A stretch of DNA of 63,946 nucleotides, filler included, from Choristocarpus tenellus KU-1152 (Eukaryota > Protista > Phaeophyceae), in the NCBI GenBank assembly GCA_964200185.2. It is 13 parts of 13 records of this genome, joined end to end, with 100 filler letters (N's around TTAATTAATTAA, not from the genome) between each part and the next. Parts side by side here need not be neighbours in the genome. Positions count along the whole stretch, not along the records: positions 36,709 to 40,568 come from CAXNAD020017528.1; positions 40,669 to 44,132 come from CAXNAD020019853.1; positions 44,233 to 49,614 come from CAXNAD020010970.1; positions 49,715 to 53,028 come from CAXNAD020020874.1; 9 more parts are not named here. One strand, given 5' to 3'. Made by a program: the position numbers and the translations under genes. A model generated the notes under the pieces. It had not been told where the DNA came from. It ran no database searches and saw nothing but the letters and a program-made list of their open reading frames with translations. Positions 37,938 through 50,320 of this stretch are shown one piece after another (position 1 is the stretch's first letter; each line of letters opens with the position of its first letter).

Positions 37938-38223
37938 GAAACATGCATTTAAGAGGGTAGGGCTACATCCGTTCAGAGTCATAAATCCAATGTTGCAATT
38001 TTGGTGAATCTTGGCTATTGTGTTTGTTAGCAAGTGTCAATACCCTTTGCTCCAGTCGCACCTTTAGCAAGTGTCAATACCCTTTCATACTTGCGTACAT
38101 TATAGGTAACTGTGTTCACACAGAAACCCGAAAAAAGGGCATAAAAATAGCCGTTGGAAGTTGAGCCTCGAACAGACAAACAGGGCAAAACTTTGGGTCC
38201 TACCCTCTTAAATGCTTTGGGTC
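37938..38223 (+). mobile_element. MITE family A, diverged subfamily
   Basis: Family A body with variant TIR …GCATTTAAGAGGGTA / TACCCTCTTAAATGCTTTGGGTC. Confidence 0.7.
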
Positions 38224-38660
38224 AACATGGTACTCCATTTTGGGGATATTATTCTGTTTGAGATAATACCGTCAGTGCGTGTCTCAAGCACACATTTTGT
38301 TTTTTTATAGCACAGTTTTTTTTTTCCTTTTTGTGAGTGAATGCCGACCTCACCATTGGCACAGTACAGAAACCTCAAAATAATAATCGCTTCTTCACTT
38401 CTTTTTTTTTCCTTTTGAGGCCAATGGATAAAAAACACACGCAGTCATTCTTTTTGGTTGTCATCCACTCTATAGAGGGGGCAAGCAAGAAGATTTTTTA
38501 AGGTATGCTGCCTCGTGATTGACATCTGGAACAACTTTCTACCTCCTCGAAACCTTCTCCCACCCAGTCCAGTTCCGATCAGCAGTCCAGTCGGTTCGGA
38601 AAAAAAAAATGCCCACTTGCTTCGCCTGTCTTTTCCTCCCATATATTTTATCTCTGCTAG

Positions 38661-40291
38661 ATACGAAGGGGACTTCCTACAGGGAAACTTCTACGGGCGG
38701 GGCTTGTATTCGTGGTCAGATGGTGGGCTGTATGAAGTAAGAGGCTTTGAAGGAATGAGATCAACTCTCCACTCTTCCCTATTATTGCATTGTAAAGGGG
38801 GGCGGGGAAAGGGAGGGACGGCCATTTTGATTTGGATGGTGGGTATTTTGAAGGCAGGGCAGGAAGATCATGTAGTGACAAGGTTCTTCCACTGGAAGGA
38901 ACCCATCATCTCGAGCCATCCCACTGAGTGTCTCACTATGCTTTGAAGTAGCATTCAATTGCACAGTATCAGTTGCATCTAGTCTTGCATCTGAACTCAA
39001 CAATGCACACAAGGCAAACTCTATGAAGATGTGACAGAGAGTTGACAATTGACATAGAGTGTGGGTAAGGGACATTAATGGACTTTACACTCTTTGGCTT
39101 ACCTGCCTTGAAACAGGGAATAAAGTTCCACAAGTTAGAGTCTCCTCAATACTTCCTATTATTGAGTATAAGGTGCAGTGTGCAAAACTGTATTATGGCC
39201 TTTGTTTGGGTATTGCATGTGACCAGATCAAGCCATTTTCAGTTTGATCTTGCTCTCTCCCCTACCTCTCTCATCCCAAGACATAGTGGCTTCTACGCAA
39301 CTGCAACTGGCACCTCACAAACTGGCAACGTCCTCTGTCAGGGTGACTATCTCGCTAAAACCCCAGGGATTGGCCACGACGTTCAATTTCCTTTAGTCAA
39401 CGGACTGCGGCACGGCCAGGGCAAGCGTGTGTGGTCCAGTGGAGCAAGCTATGATGGCAGGTGATGGCCCCAGATCTCAGTAGTATTTGACTTGCTCCAC
39501 TTGGTGCACACATCCAGAGTGCCATCTTATCTTCTTGCCTGTGCTACTGGGTACAATTGATCATGCTTTTATCACAGAAGGAGTGCTTCGCCATCATGCC
39601 TTCCTTCACCAGTTTACCTTCCCTTGTATTACTTCCAAACCAAGCTCTTGCACTACTTCCAAACCGACCTCTCCAACCGAAAGACATCCCGTGCTTCTGT
39701 TCCGCTCTGCCTCTACTGGGGTATAAGTTGGAAGGACAGTCGCATGGAAGGAACAGGTGTGTATATTTGTGTAGAAGGCTCACGGTACGAGGGAGAATTT
39801 CGACTCAACCATAAAGATGGGCAGGGCATCTGCCGATGGGGCAACCAGCACGATGCCATATTCACGTAAGGACTTTCTTGTATTTTTTTGTTGTTGTTTT
39901 TTTGTTCAATTCTTCGACATACTGCGACTCATTCAGCTGATATGTAGCACATTAGGCACACAACTGCTACTAGGTCACCTCCTCCCAAAACGAAAAAACT
40001 ACGGCTAGGAAAAATGTAAGGGGTTTTGAAACCTTTCGATGATGCTTTGAAGCGTAACTCTGAAGTAGGACCAAAAAGGCATCGGAATGTATAGTTCAAA
40101 CCTTCTTGCATTGAATCTTGCTTTTCAATGTCGTTTGCTTTGAACTTCTTTTCTCTCTCTCATTGCAAGAGTTTCCAACCATTGATACTAATGCATTCAC
40201 ACCTTCTACCTTGCCTGCTGTGCTAGGTGTCCAATTGGTTGCAAGCACCGTGGTAGGGGATACTGTGTGTATGAGGGAGGTTGGAAGAGGG
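38661..40291 (+). CDS. Partial spliced gene encoding MORN repeats
   Basis: Phase-compatible exons 38661-38736, 39342-39460, 39728-39865, 40227-~40291: YEGDFLQGNFYGRGLYSWSDGGLYEGDY…GLRHGQGKRVWSSGASYDGSWKDSRMEGTGVY…YEGEFRLNHKDGQG (YxGxWxxGxxxGxG MORN consensus). Confidence 0.85.
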
Positions 40292-40496
40292 GTGAGACCA
40301 TTGAAACGATTTCAAGGGCTTGAAGTCACAGATTCTAGATGGTAAGGCATTCAAATGCTGAATTTGACTGGTTTTTCCATTGGCCAACCATCATGAAACC
40401 CCCACTGAGAGGCTACTGCTGCAAATTACCGAACCTTCAATAGTATCACCAAATCTTAGCCTTGGCTGCAGCTTGAAGAGCAGGTTACGTCACCAT

Positions 40497-40568
40497 GACC
40501 CAAAGTATCTGGGAGGATGGGGGGGGTCTACACCAGGGTGTCCTTTTGTACCAAAATCAGGAAAAGTG
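40497..40568 (-). mobile_element. MITE family B (truncated by contig end)
   Basis: GACCCAAAGTATCTGGGAGG…ATCAGGAAAAGTG. Confidence 0.8.
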
Positions 40569-42249
40569 NNNNNNNNNNNNNNNNNNNNNNNNNNNNNNNN
40601 NNNNNNNNNNNNTTAATTAATTAANNNNNNNNNNNNNNNNNNNNNNNNNNNNNNNNNNNNNNNNNNNNGGTGTATTTGAAGGCATCTTGAAGAGGTTTCC
40701 CGCTGCACAAGGCATGGCTTCCACTTTATCCCCCTACCAGCAACGTACTGTACTGCTGTGCGGTCATGAACCAGGAAGAAAGGCACTTTCCGCGAGATTT
40801 GTTTTCGCGCGCGCCAAAATCGCGTGAATATATCTGGGATTTTGTGCCAAATCGCCCGAATACGAGAATTCCGGTACAAAATCCTATTTTTGAGCATGTC
40901 GAAAAAAAGCGGTACAAAAATGCATATTTTTTCGATTTGGTTCATAATATTTGGCATAAAATCGGGGTAGGTACTGTATATGATGCATATTTTGCTTGTA
41001 TCATAATAAAAGTCAAATTTCCTGATATTTGATATTCTAATTTCAAATATCGAAAATACCATATCGAATGATTTCTTGTTTCGTATTTGATATTGGCTGG
41101 ATATTGAGAGTGTAAAATTACAGAATTTCATCCACTTTGTGCTCCATTATCCACAACATGAGTATACCCTTTCATACAACACAAATGAATATCCTTCTAA
41201 TATCACTTGTCATGCGAGTGCAAGAGTTGGTTCAAGTGTGATGAAAACTCATATTATGAACACTATTTCGAAAATTACGAACAAATACAATCTCAAGTTG
41301 TGTCACACAACTTGGGGCCTATAGTCAGTGCAGTGTTGAGAGACACGAGCAATTAACATAAGCTTAACCACGAAAAAACAGCACACTATGTACCACTCTA
41401 CCCTAAACTCACATAGATAGAGGAGAACCTACGGCCAGAAGGGGTGGCAAAAACACTACATTATACACAGGGTGCTGCAAAATGGAAGCACCCAACTATC
41501 ATCAACAACAAAAAACGGTTGTGCCTGGCAGTCACCTGTCCTACCAGCAAAAGAGAACGAGTATTGAGATACAGCTGAAGTGGCATTTAACCCTCAATTT
41601 GAAATGCTTGCCAACACCTATGAAAGGAGTTGGAAACTTGTGACCTTCCTCCTTTGTTGTTGGGGGAAAATTTCATGACTATTACGTCAACTTTGACATT
41701 GACTTCCTGGTCGTTCCCAGCATTGCTATGCTTCTTCTGTATCATTATCTTCTTTGTCGATGTTGTTTTTGCTTGTGTAGTCAGTACATTGTCCGGCGCA
41801 CTCGTCACACCCTCATCTGCCATGATGATAAGCAGAACAACAATATTGATGATCCAAAGTAACAGAGAGGTTCCCAGTTGTTGGCCGTTTTGCATTTAAG
41901 ACAGTGTTTCAATCTATTACAATTCACCCATATTTCTATGGATGAAGTGTTATGTTTGACTTGGAGAGGGTCGATGTTTCTATTGTTTGAAACGTTTCGA
42001 CACATAATTCGGAAAAGATCCTATACTTAATTTGTGAACAAGTCGAATTTTGTACACAATTCTGGCATCCTTCAAATACAACTCTGGGTACCTCTCATTT
42101 ACGTTGACTCATTATGCAGATGGATTGATCAATTGGTCCACATAAAGAAGTGGTACTGATTCTCCAACTCTGGTATGCTCAAGCACGATTTCAACCCTTG
42201 CTGACTTTGTACAGTATTCATTCAATAACGTCAACGGTCGCCAAAGACA

Positions 42250-43560
42250 TCACTTAGCTGGCACTACCGCTCATAGGTATATACTTAAGATTCATCACTG
42301 CATCCAGGAGATCATCTGTGTCGTAAAAAGACTTGCAAATAAGTAGGTCATCGTAGTAGAAGGCTTCTGTGGCTTCCTCGTCAGATCTTGGGCAAGCGAC
42401 ATACGGTACATGAGCATGTAGCGGATGCCTCGAATGCATACCACCCATGCTGTTGGAGTAGACTAACAAAGATGCAGGCAATTTTCCAGAGGCATTGTGT
42501 GTACGGTCCCAGTCAGTCCAGGATCGGTCATATCTAACGGCTGAGAGATCAAGACGATGCTTGCAATAATTGGTTCTTTGTTTGGGTCCTAGTGGTGATT
42601 GGCCTGGACGGCCTTGAATGACACGGTAGGAGGAGAAAGAATCACCGCCACCATTCATGAGATCCACTCCTCCCGCTTGAGGCAGGTTGAGGGAGAGGCA
42701 GGGGACAACCCTGATGATCGATTGGCTCTGCATCGCATGGCCCCTGATCCACTCAAAACGTCACTAGCTGGTCAGAGTACGACCTTGGTGCTTCTCGACA
42801 GGAGGCCCCTGATCTCCATTAACTTTGATCATCACAGAAGGAGCTTGCCTTGTCAAATTTTCAACAAACTCCCGGTCTGCAATATATAAGGTAACGTGCA
42901 GGCTTCAGAAAGTCACACCTTGCACGTTTCCATATACGGGCATACTGCTCCATCAGCGAAGACATCGCCACTATCACAGGGACAACACAAACGGCTGCAG
43001 GCAATGTTGGTGGAGTGACGCCGCACCGCTTTCTGCACCTTTCGAACGCACTCCAAACTGGCATTGATCGGACAAGGCCACTATGTTCCACTCTCCTTGC
43101 CATACCTGTCTTTATGATCGATGTGGTATATACATAGTGGTTCGTGGCTCTTCCCTCTACGTAGTGAGTGTGTATGTGCTGTAGCAACTATTGATTCATA
43201 CACTACTCCAAAAAAATAGTACCACACAAATTGATTACAGCTTCCTACCACAAAGTTACCAACACCTCACACCGAGTTCCTCACACATCCTAATCTCACA
43301 CATCAGTAGCTGCTCATCTTCTGGCTTCAGCTGATAGAATATTGCGCAGAGCTTCACCCATACTCGAGGAACACAAACTCCCTTCTGGACGATGTGTAAT
43401 CTTGGTCATAGGAGATTTTGCCAAGTCCCACCAGTCCCACCACGTCTTTTTGGTATGGTCTACCACAATTAGGGCATCTACACTCTCTCGATCTAATTAT
43501 CCAAATTCCAAATTCACGAGCTCTTCCAAACGCTGTGTCCATACACCTAGTGTAGATTTT
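42250..43560 (-). mobile_element. Decayed coding remnant, possibly a CACTA/Plavaka-like transposase
   Basis: Fragmented frames with ECRCPNCGRPY…REFVF…ALRNIL, resembling the CxxC plus F.Y.pl…L region of EnSpm-like transposases; many stops. Assignment weak. Confidence 0.25.
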
Positions 43561-44232
43561 GTAGTAGGCTCAGCTCTCAGCAAATTACCTTGATAGGATT
43601 GTGGTTCCAATCCACAAGCCTGTGGGCAGATAATGATGCTTGAAGACGGTGCCAGAACGTATTTTAATCCGTGCAATTTACCTTGGGAGGAAATGCTATT
43701 TATTAGTAGTGAAGACTAGAAGGTGTGGAGCCATACACGACCCCCTTTGCTGAACATGAAAGAATCGATGGAATTAGAAGAGTGACCTTTGTGTGGTGTC
43801 TTCTCGTTGCTTGTTTTATTATTGTCTCATACATAAGTCAAGGATTAGGTCAAAGTAGTTGAATGCAGAATAAAAAGCCATACATATTCCCATTCATAAT
43901 CCGGATGTACTATCTCAATAGTTACATCTCTCATATACAAAATAAGGTACACCTCACTATTGTCCTATTTTTCACACTCCCCCATGAGAGGGGAAGTAAA
44001 TGAAGTCAGATTGGTTCAACTCTCACACACATAACATTTATCCCTGTCAACGCAGTAAAAGAACACTGATTGCTTAAAGTCTAACATACGCCATTCATCT
44101 AGTCAGGCTCAAAGTATCTGGGGGGGGGGTTGNNNNNNNNNNNNNNNNNNNNNNNNNNNNNNNNNNNNNNNNNNNNTTAATTAATTAANNNNNNNNNNNN
44201 NNNNNNNNNNNNNNNNNNNNNNNNNNNNNNNN

Positions 44233-44800
44233 TGGAAAGCAGTGGCAAGGGGGTCCCACTGGTTGGTCTTCAAATGGGGGGGGTGACTGGAAATCAGTGT
44301 CGAAGGGGGTTTGCATTGGTTGGTCATCGCAAAGGGGGGGTGACTGGAAATCAATTGCCAAAGGGGTTTTTGCATTGGTTGGTCATCGGAGAGTGGGGAT
44401 GTGACTGAAAAATCAGTGGCGATGGGGGTCACGCTGGTTGGTCACAAGTGATGGTACAATGAGGAGGAGGGGAATGTGTGGAAAATGCAAAGATAGAATA
44501 AAATAATAATAATGAGTCAAAGTATCTTAGAGGGTAGAGCCGCATCCGTTTGGGGGTCAAAATCCAATGTTGCAATTTTGATGTAATCTTGGCTATCTTG
44601 TTAGAAAGTATCAATATATCCTTGTTCGGACACACCTTTTCATAACATACACATTTTGCCTACTTCAAAACATTTCAGGGTATGTAAAATGTCGTAAAAA
44701 ACCTGTGGGAAGCCAAGCCCTAAACGGACAAACAGGGCAAAACTCGTACCCTAACCCTAAGATACTTTCACGCAATCCAGAATTCGTGAGCAAAACAAAT
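44233..44800 (+). repeat. Dispersed repeat family C (57-bp array plus flank), interrupted by MITE A
   Basis: Homologous to 5275-5640. Confidence 0.8.
44514..44773 (+). mobile_element. MITE family A
   Basis: Both TIRs; 3-bp TSD AAT; uninterrupted homologous site at ~5600-5625. Confidence 0.9.
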
Positions 44801-45153
44801 AAGTCTATTTTCGAACTTCTGCAATTCATCCATATTTCTATGGATGTAGTACTAATTTGACTCGAGAGCATTCATTTATCTGTTGTTTCAAACTTTTCCG
44901 ACACAATTCCGATAAAATCTTGTACATGTTGGTCAAAAATGAAGAATTTTGCACAAATTTGTCAGCATCCCTAAAATGCAACTTTGGGTATCATTCGTTT
45001 ACTCTACTGAAATGGGTTAGACAGAACATGATAGGAAGTGATGCTGCAGCCGGTCTATGAGCTGACAACTGTGGTGAGGCACACAGGATCGATTGGTAGA
45101 GTGCTACTTGACTAATATCCAAAGACCAGCCTCAAGGAAGTCATTTAGCGAGG

Positions 45154-45414
45154 GAGTCAAAGTATCTTAGAGGGTAGGGCCGCGTCCATTTGAGGGCCGA
45201 AACCTAATGTTGCCATTTTGATGTAATTTTGGCTATCATGTTGTTAGGAAGTGCCAATAACCTTGTTCTGGACACACCTTTTCATAACATACACATTTTA
45301 CCTACTCCGAAATGTTTCGGAGTAGGAAAATGTAAAAAAAAAAAAAAACGTGAGAAGTCAAGTCCCAAATGGACAAACAGGGGAAAACTCGTACCCTCTA
45401 AGATACTTTCACTC
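45154..45414 (+). mobile_element. MITE family A inside the loop of a long inverted repeat
   Basis: Both TIRs; flanks GAGG/AAGG. Confidence 0.9.
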
Positions 45415-46124
45415 AAGGACCAGCTAAAAGACCCCACCAAGGCTTGTCGGTGGACATTGGCCAAGTAGTGTTCTCTACCAATCGATCCTGTGTGCCTCAC
45501 CACGGATGTCAGCTCATAGACCGACTGCAGCAACTCCACCATTTCCACCATATTATTTTCAACCAATTTGGAATCTCGGTTCTACTCCAATGCCCTTGAG
45601 AAGGATGTGTTCTTCTTGTTGGTTAGCCCCCCATAGAGATTTATTCCGTGCAAAAGAGATGGAGACAAAGCGCCACCAGCAAGAGGTAGGGAGACAGCAG
45701 GGCAAGCAAAACTCCAACCTCTTTTCTACGCAGTAATGTTTGTACCATGAAGTACTTGGAGTTGTTGTTAACAAAGCATGACGTGGAACTTGAGAACTCA
45801 TCTACTGCTGATATATCTCCCAAGCAGCAGATCTACTGCACACCTCTCCTGCAACCAAATCAAGAAATCATTTGAATTTTCACATTTCCTTTGCAATATT
45901 GGTACTGCTTCCTCAGGTGCCCCACATCAATATTGTCACATGTACTTTGAGCTGAGCTTAGACCATGACTATTACCATCTGAAAAAAAGGGGTCAAGTCT
46001 GAACACCCCCTTGAGAAAGCTGGGAAGAACTCTTTCCCTGGCCCTTCTTCCCTCCCACATCCAACCCCTTCCTGACTCAGGGGCTTGTTCTTCAACCCCT
46101 CATAAGATGACCTACCAGAGGTCT

Positions 46125-46303
46125 GGCTCAAAGTATCTGGGAGGGGTTGGCAGCTGTCTGTTTGGGGTCAATTTTTTCATCTCACGATTTTTGGGTGATT
46201 TGGTTGCATACGTCGGATGGATACTGTAAATGCACTTTTCCTGATTTTGATCCAAATGGACACCCTGGTCTAGACTCCCCCCCCCTCTCAGATACTTTGG
46301 ATC
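46125..46303 (+). mobile_element. MITE family B, complete copy
   Basis: GGCTCAAAGTATCTGG…CAGATACTTTGGATC; 3-bp TSD TCT. Confidence 0.9.
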
Positions 46304-46699
46304 TCTATCGAATCATTTAGATTGCCTGCCATCTTTTTGCCTCAGGAGAAAATCGGATATGTCCGTACTGTGGTTGTGATAGGAGTGGTCAAGACATCAA
46401 TATTTTGATTGGTTGGTGTCTAGCCCCATCCAACCCTGGGATATCTAATCTACTGTTCCGATCATCTGGGAACAGGTCAGATGACCACCCGATTGGGCTG
46501 GGCTTTAGGGTCGGGAAAGTAAGCCTTCGACCAAAAAAGGAATAAAACACGGAAAGGTCGAAGTGATAGAAAAAGGTGAGGGTAGCGTTTGCCAGATAAC
46601 ACAAGAAGATCACTTGCGAAGTACAACTAGACCACAGAAACTTCAGCACCGGTACCAAAGACAACCACTGTTCTCGTTTCACAAACAATTATCATCCCT

Positions 46700-48243
46700 T
46701 GTGTGTTCACATGCTAAGGATGAACTCCCTATTTCTCAACGATCTATTAATTGATCAAAGGCGCAATGTACTACACTATTTCAATGTTCCAACAAGAGTA
46801 TCTCAAAACTGGAGATCATGCTTCAATGCTACAGAAGCGCTTGTACCAGTAGCAACCGTTTTGTTTCGTTGTGTAAAAGGATTCCTCCAATACATAGTGG
46901 GGTTTTTTCTACTATTTTTGCAAACCCCAACCAATCTGAAAGTGCCACAGAGGTGCCTAAAATCTCAACGTTTTTCCTACTTTTGGTTTGGCTTAGAAGC
47001 AACGAAATTATCAGTCTTGTGTGTGTCCGTGCCATGTAACTGTTGCATAGACACCAGAAACTACTGTTACGATTGGCACAAGGAACAATGGCACGTCACA
47101 AACCATCTATCTGCCGACCGGATGCCAATGATGCTGGATCCATGTGCATTGGGATATCCAGCTGGTTGGCATGCTTGTGCCATCCCTTATTGGAACTTCG
47201 AAATCTTGTCACGTGGATCAGGAGAACCCTCGGGGTGCTCTATTGCCATTGATTGTGGTTTGGAAGGTCTTGTATCACAGACACAACAATCAGCAGTAGC
47301 AATATGAGAAGGGAGGAAGCAAAGGCAAAGGATAGGGGTCTCATCAGACCCATGGCTACATAAAATATACCTGCAGCATACCTAGAACTTGCCGTTCTGT
47401 GATGGCCTCACAGTCAATGTCAGTCGTGCTGCATCCCTGTCCCACCATGTATCCCTGCCACACATCATGTGCTGACTGACAAACAAGAGATGCCAACCTT
47501 CTGGAGGTATGACTTGATCGTATCCTCCACCTGTAGGAGTGTTCAAATTACAATCTTTGGAAAAGGGAGCACCAATAACCAGTACCAGTTCTCAATCACC
47601 AAAGGTCCCATGGTGCAAGTGCAACATTTGATGGCTTCCTGAAGCGGCAGTGGGTGGAGGGCACATTCCAGATGATGCACATTTGGTGCAGTTGGGCAGT
47701 GGATAGAACGTGACAGGGTTCTCGGCAGGTACTGGCACATTTAAGAAGTATGTTGTAACAGGGAAGAATGACAACAATTTGTCTACCGCACTTGTTCTGT
47801 CTTATCTCAGGTAGGAGCCTCTCGCTGGCCAGGCAGAATAAGGGAGAGGCGCAGTCATTACCACCATCCTCGCAAAAAATAGAACTCATGAAAGCATAAT
47901 CAAGAGGGAACTCACGTATCATCAGGGCTCACAATAAACAAGATCTCGCCCAATATCACCACACCACCATACCTCTGCCTACAAACTCTCAGGAAGCTGT
48001 GCCTCCCCTTCAGGTTGTACTGAATGACGTTTTTCACCCCGTTTCTATCGATTTTCCCACCTATTGTCTCCAGTGCCATTGTGTCCAACGACTTGGAGAG
48101 AAATTCCTCCGCATCCTGCTAGATACTGGCTTCAAACCCGCTGTGATTGTGTGCAATGAGCACATGTTAGGGCATCAGCCGTGCCATGAAAGGTCTACTG
48201 GACTAGCTTTGAAGATATGCTACCAGCTGGTGGCAGTAGCTGT
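46700..48243 (+). mobile_element. Decayed Cys-rich coding remnant, possibly a KDZ (Kyakuja-Dileera-Zisupton)-type transposase
   Basis: YTCS…YLELAV/CDGLTV (~47365-47415) and IDFPTYCLQCHCVQR…FLRILLDTGF…C (~48045-48155) resemble KDZ CxxC…DG and YDxxCxxxxxCxxR…D motifs; frameshifted. Confidence 0.3.
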
Positions 48244-48497
48244 GAGTGAAAGTATCTTAAAGGGTACGAGTTTTGCCCTGTTTGTCCATTTAGGGCTTGA
48301 CTTCCCACAGGTTTTCACGACATTTTCCTACTACATAATATTTCAGAGTAGGTAAAATGTGTATGTTATGAAAAGGTGTGTCCGAACAAGGATATATTGA
48401 TACTTCCTAACATGATGGCCAAAATTATATCAAAATTGCAACATTGGATATTGACCCCCAATCAGATGCGACTCTACCCTCTAAGATACTTTGATTC
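48244..48497 (-). mobile_element. MITE family A without matching TSD
   Basis: Both TIRs present; flanks TGT / AAA do not match. Confidence 0.9.
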
Positions 48498-48699
48498 AAA
48501 ACGTTCACGGTAGATGCAGCGCAAGAAACTTCAATTATATGGAGAATTCGAGCTGATTACACTTAGCTACAGACAATGAGCCACACTGGGACAAACAGCT
48601 CAACATCCCCCACCACTGCCCACCACCATTACCATCACACAGAAATGTGCCATGTGGGCAAGGCTTTAACAGCCTTACTGTCACACATTCAAACACCTA

Positions 48700-49400
48700 G
48701 CACAATGATAATTCTGCAAAGACAATGCTGAGCCCAGCTGACCCATGGAAGCACAGGAAGACACAGTTTTTTGCCTGGTTGACTAGTCTCAAATCTAAAT
48801 GCTCAGGCGCAGTGTTATCACCAGTGCAAAATGCCAACTCCCAAACATGGAGGGCACCAACAGTCATCATGAGAGATACATGCACGCAAAATCGGCAGGG
48901 TATGGCACACGATAACTTTCCAGAGAGATTGCCTTGTTGACTCAACGCCTTCCCCATCCAAAAGCATTCTCATCAGGCCCTTAGTCTGCAGCAATGCCTG
49001 GACCAAGCACAGGGCACACAAATAATAATTCTCCACATGTGCAGGGTGGAAGGGTGCCAAAGTACTGGGTGCTGTTCGGAAATATCGTCCAGTTGTCGCT
49101 GGATTTTCAGAAATGTTATATCAATAGAGCTAACATCACATGCTACTGCGCTCTCTGCTTACTCTATTTCCTCTTCTCCCTCTATGCTATCAACAGGGTG
49201 GACATGTCACACAGCATGTGCGAATTTCTCTGTTCTATACACATTGTGAAATACCACTGCCTACCAGAGAGAACTGCCTTCCCCATCTCTCAAGACTTTT
49301 TTTCCCATCAGAACTGAAGTACACGGAGGCATGGTTGATGCCTATCACATGCATTCGTGATTGCTTGGGTTTGCCAGACCCACTCAACAAGAGTTTTGAG
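48700..49400 (+). mobile_element. Decayed LINE reverse-transcriptase fragment
   Basis: QLSLDFQKCY (cf. RT motif LDFxKAYD, ~49090-49120) followed by QRELPSPSL (cf. QGxxLSP, ~49265-49290). Confidence 0.35.
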
Positions 49401-49408
49401 ATACACTT

Positions 49409-49614
49409 GACCCAAAGTATCTGGGCAGGGGGGGGAGGGTCTCCACCAGAGTGTTCATTTGGACAAAAACCAGGAAAAGTGCACTCTCATTATGCATCCA
49501 ACGTGTGGGACCAAATCACCCAAAAATGGCGACATGAAAAAATTGGCCCCAAATGGATAGCCGCCACCCCCCCCAGATACTTTGAGTCAGGGTCAAAAAC
49601 GGGCGCCGGCACCC
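49409..49614 (-). mobile_element. MITE family B complete body (49409-49588) plus start of duplicated terminus
   Basis: GACCCAAAGTATCTGGG…CAGATACTTTGAGTC then GTCAAAAACGGGCGCCGGCACCC, as at 9534-9556. Confidence 0.85.
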
Positions 49615-49714
49615 NNNNNNNNNNNNNNNNNNNNNNNNNNNNNNNNNNNNNNNNNNNNTTAATTAATTAANNNNNNNNNNNNNNNNNNNNNNNNNNNNNN
49701 NNNNNNNNNNNNNN

Positions 49715-49815
49715 ATCTCATACATCGGATGGATAATGTAAATGCACTTTTCCTTATTTTGGACCAAATGGACACCCTGGTGTAGACTCCCCCCCCCCTC
49801 CAGATACTTTGGGTC
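49715..49815 (+). mobile_element. MITE family B, 3' part (contig start)
   Basis: …GGATGGATAATG…CAGATACTTTGGGTC. Confidence 0.8.
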
Positions 49816-50181
49816 ACTGAATAGTATTGTCGCGGACTACTTCCAAAGGAGAGTGTTCCCTCAACCGTCCCTGTTCGTGACCTCTCTGTCTATCCCTGTA
49901 CCCGATCAGTTGTTTTACACGCAGGCGACACAACGAGATATGTTCCTTCATATATATATATTTGCGTGTGAGTGGAACTTGACATCAGAAACACTGATTT
50001 ATCTCTCAACTTCTTCAACCCTCAACTCCTTCAGCCTACTTGCTCTCTTGAATGATTTTGTGTTGGTTCTGATTTTGTGACACCTTCAGACATGACGTAC
50101 CCAATATGAAGACTTTAGTGAGCCCCTGAACTTGAATACTTTCTCAGTACCTGGACGATTTTCAAAGCTGACGACGTCTTT

Positions 50182-50320
50182 CTAGAACAGCCGATTTCAA
50201 AAATTGAGGATGGGCAATACAAAAATATATATATATCAACACTTTATCCCAGTCAATTTTGGGTCAAGCCCATCCTCAATGAAAAGCTCCATCCTCAATT
50301 TTTGAAATCGGCTGTTCTAG
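50182..50320. repeat. Perfect 32-bp inverted repeat enclosing a 75-bp spacer
   Basis: CTAGAACAGCCGATTTCAAAAATTGAGGATGG (50182-50213) is the exact reverse complement of 50289-50320. Confidence 0.9.

Noticed and set aside
40613-41131. 172-aa AT-rich ORF
   Set aside because: Runs into the spacer, has composition unlike the real exons, and looks like non-coding repeat.
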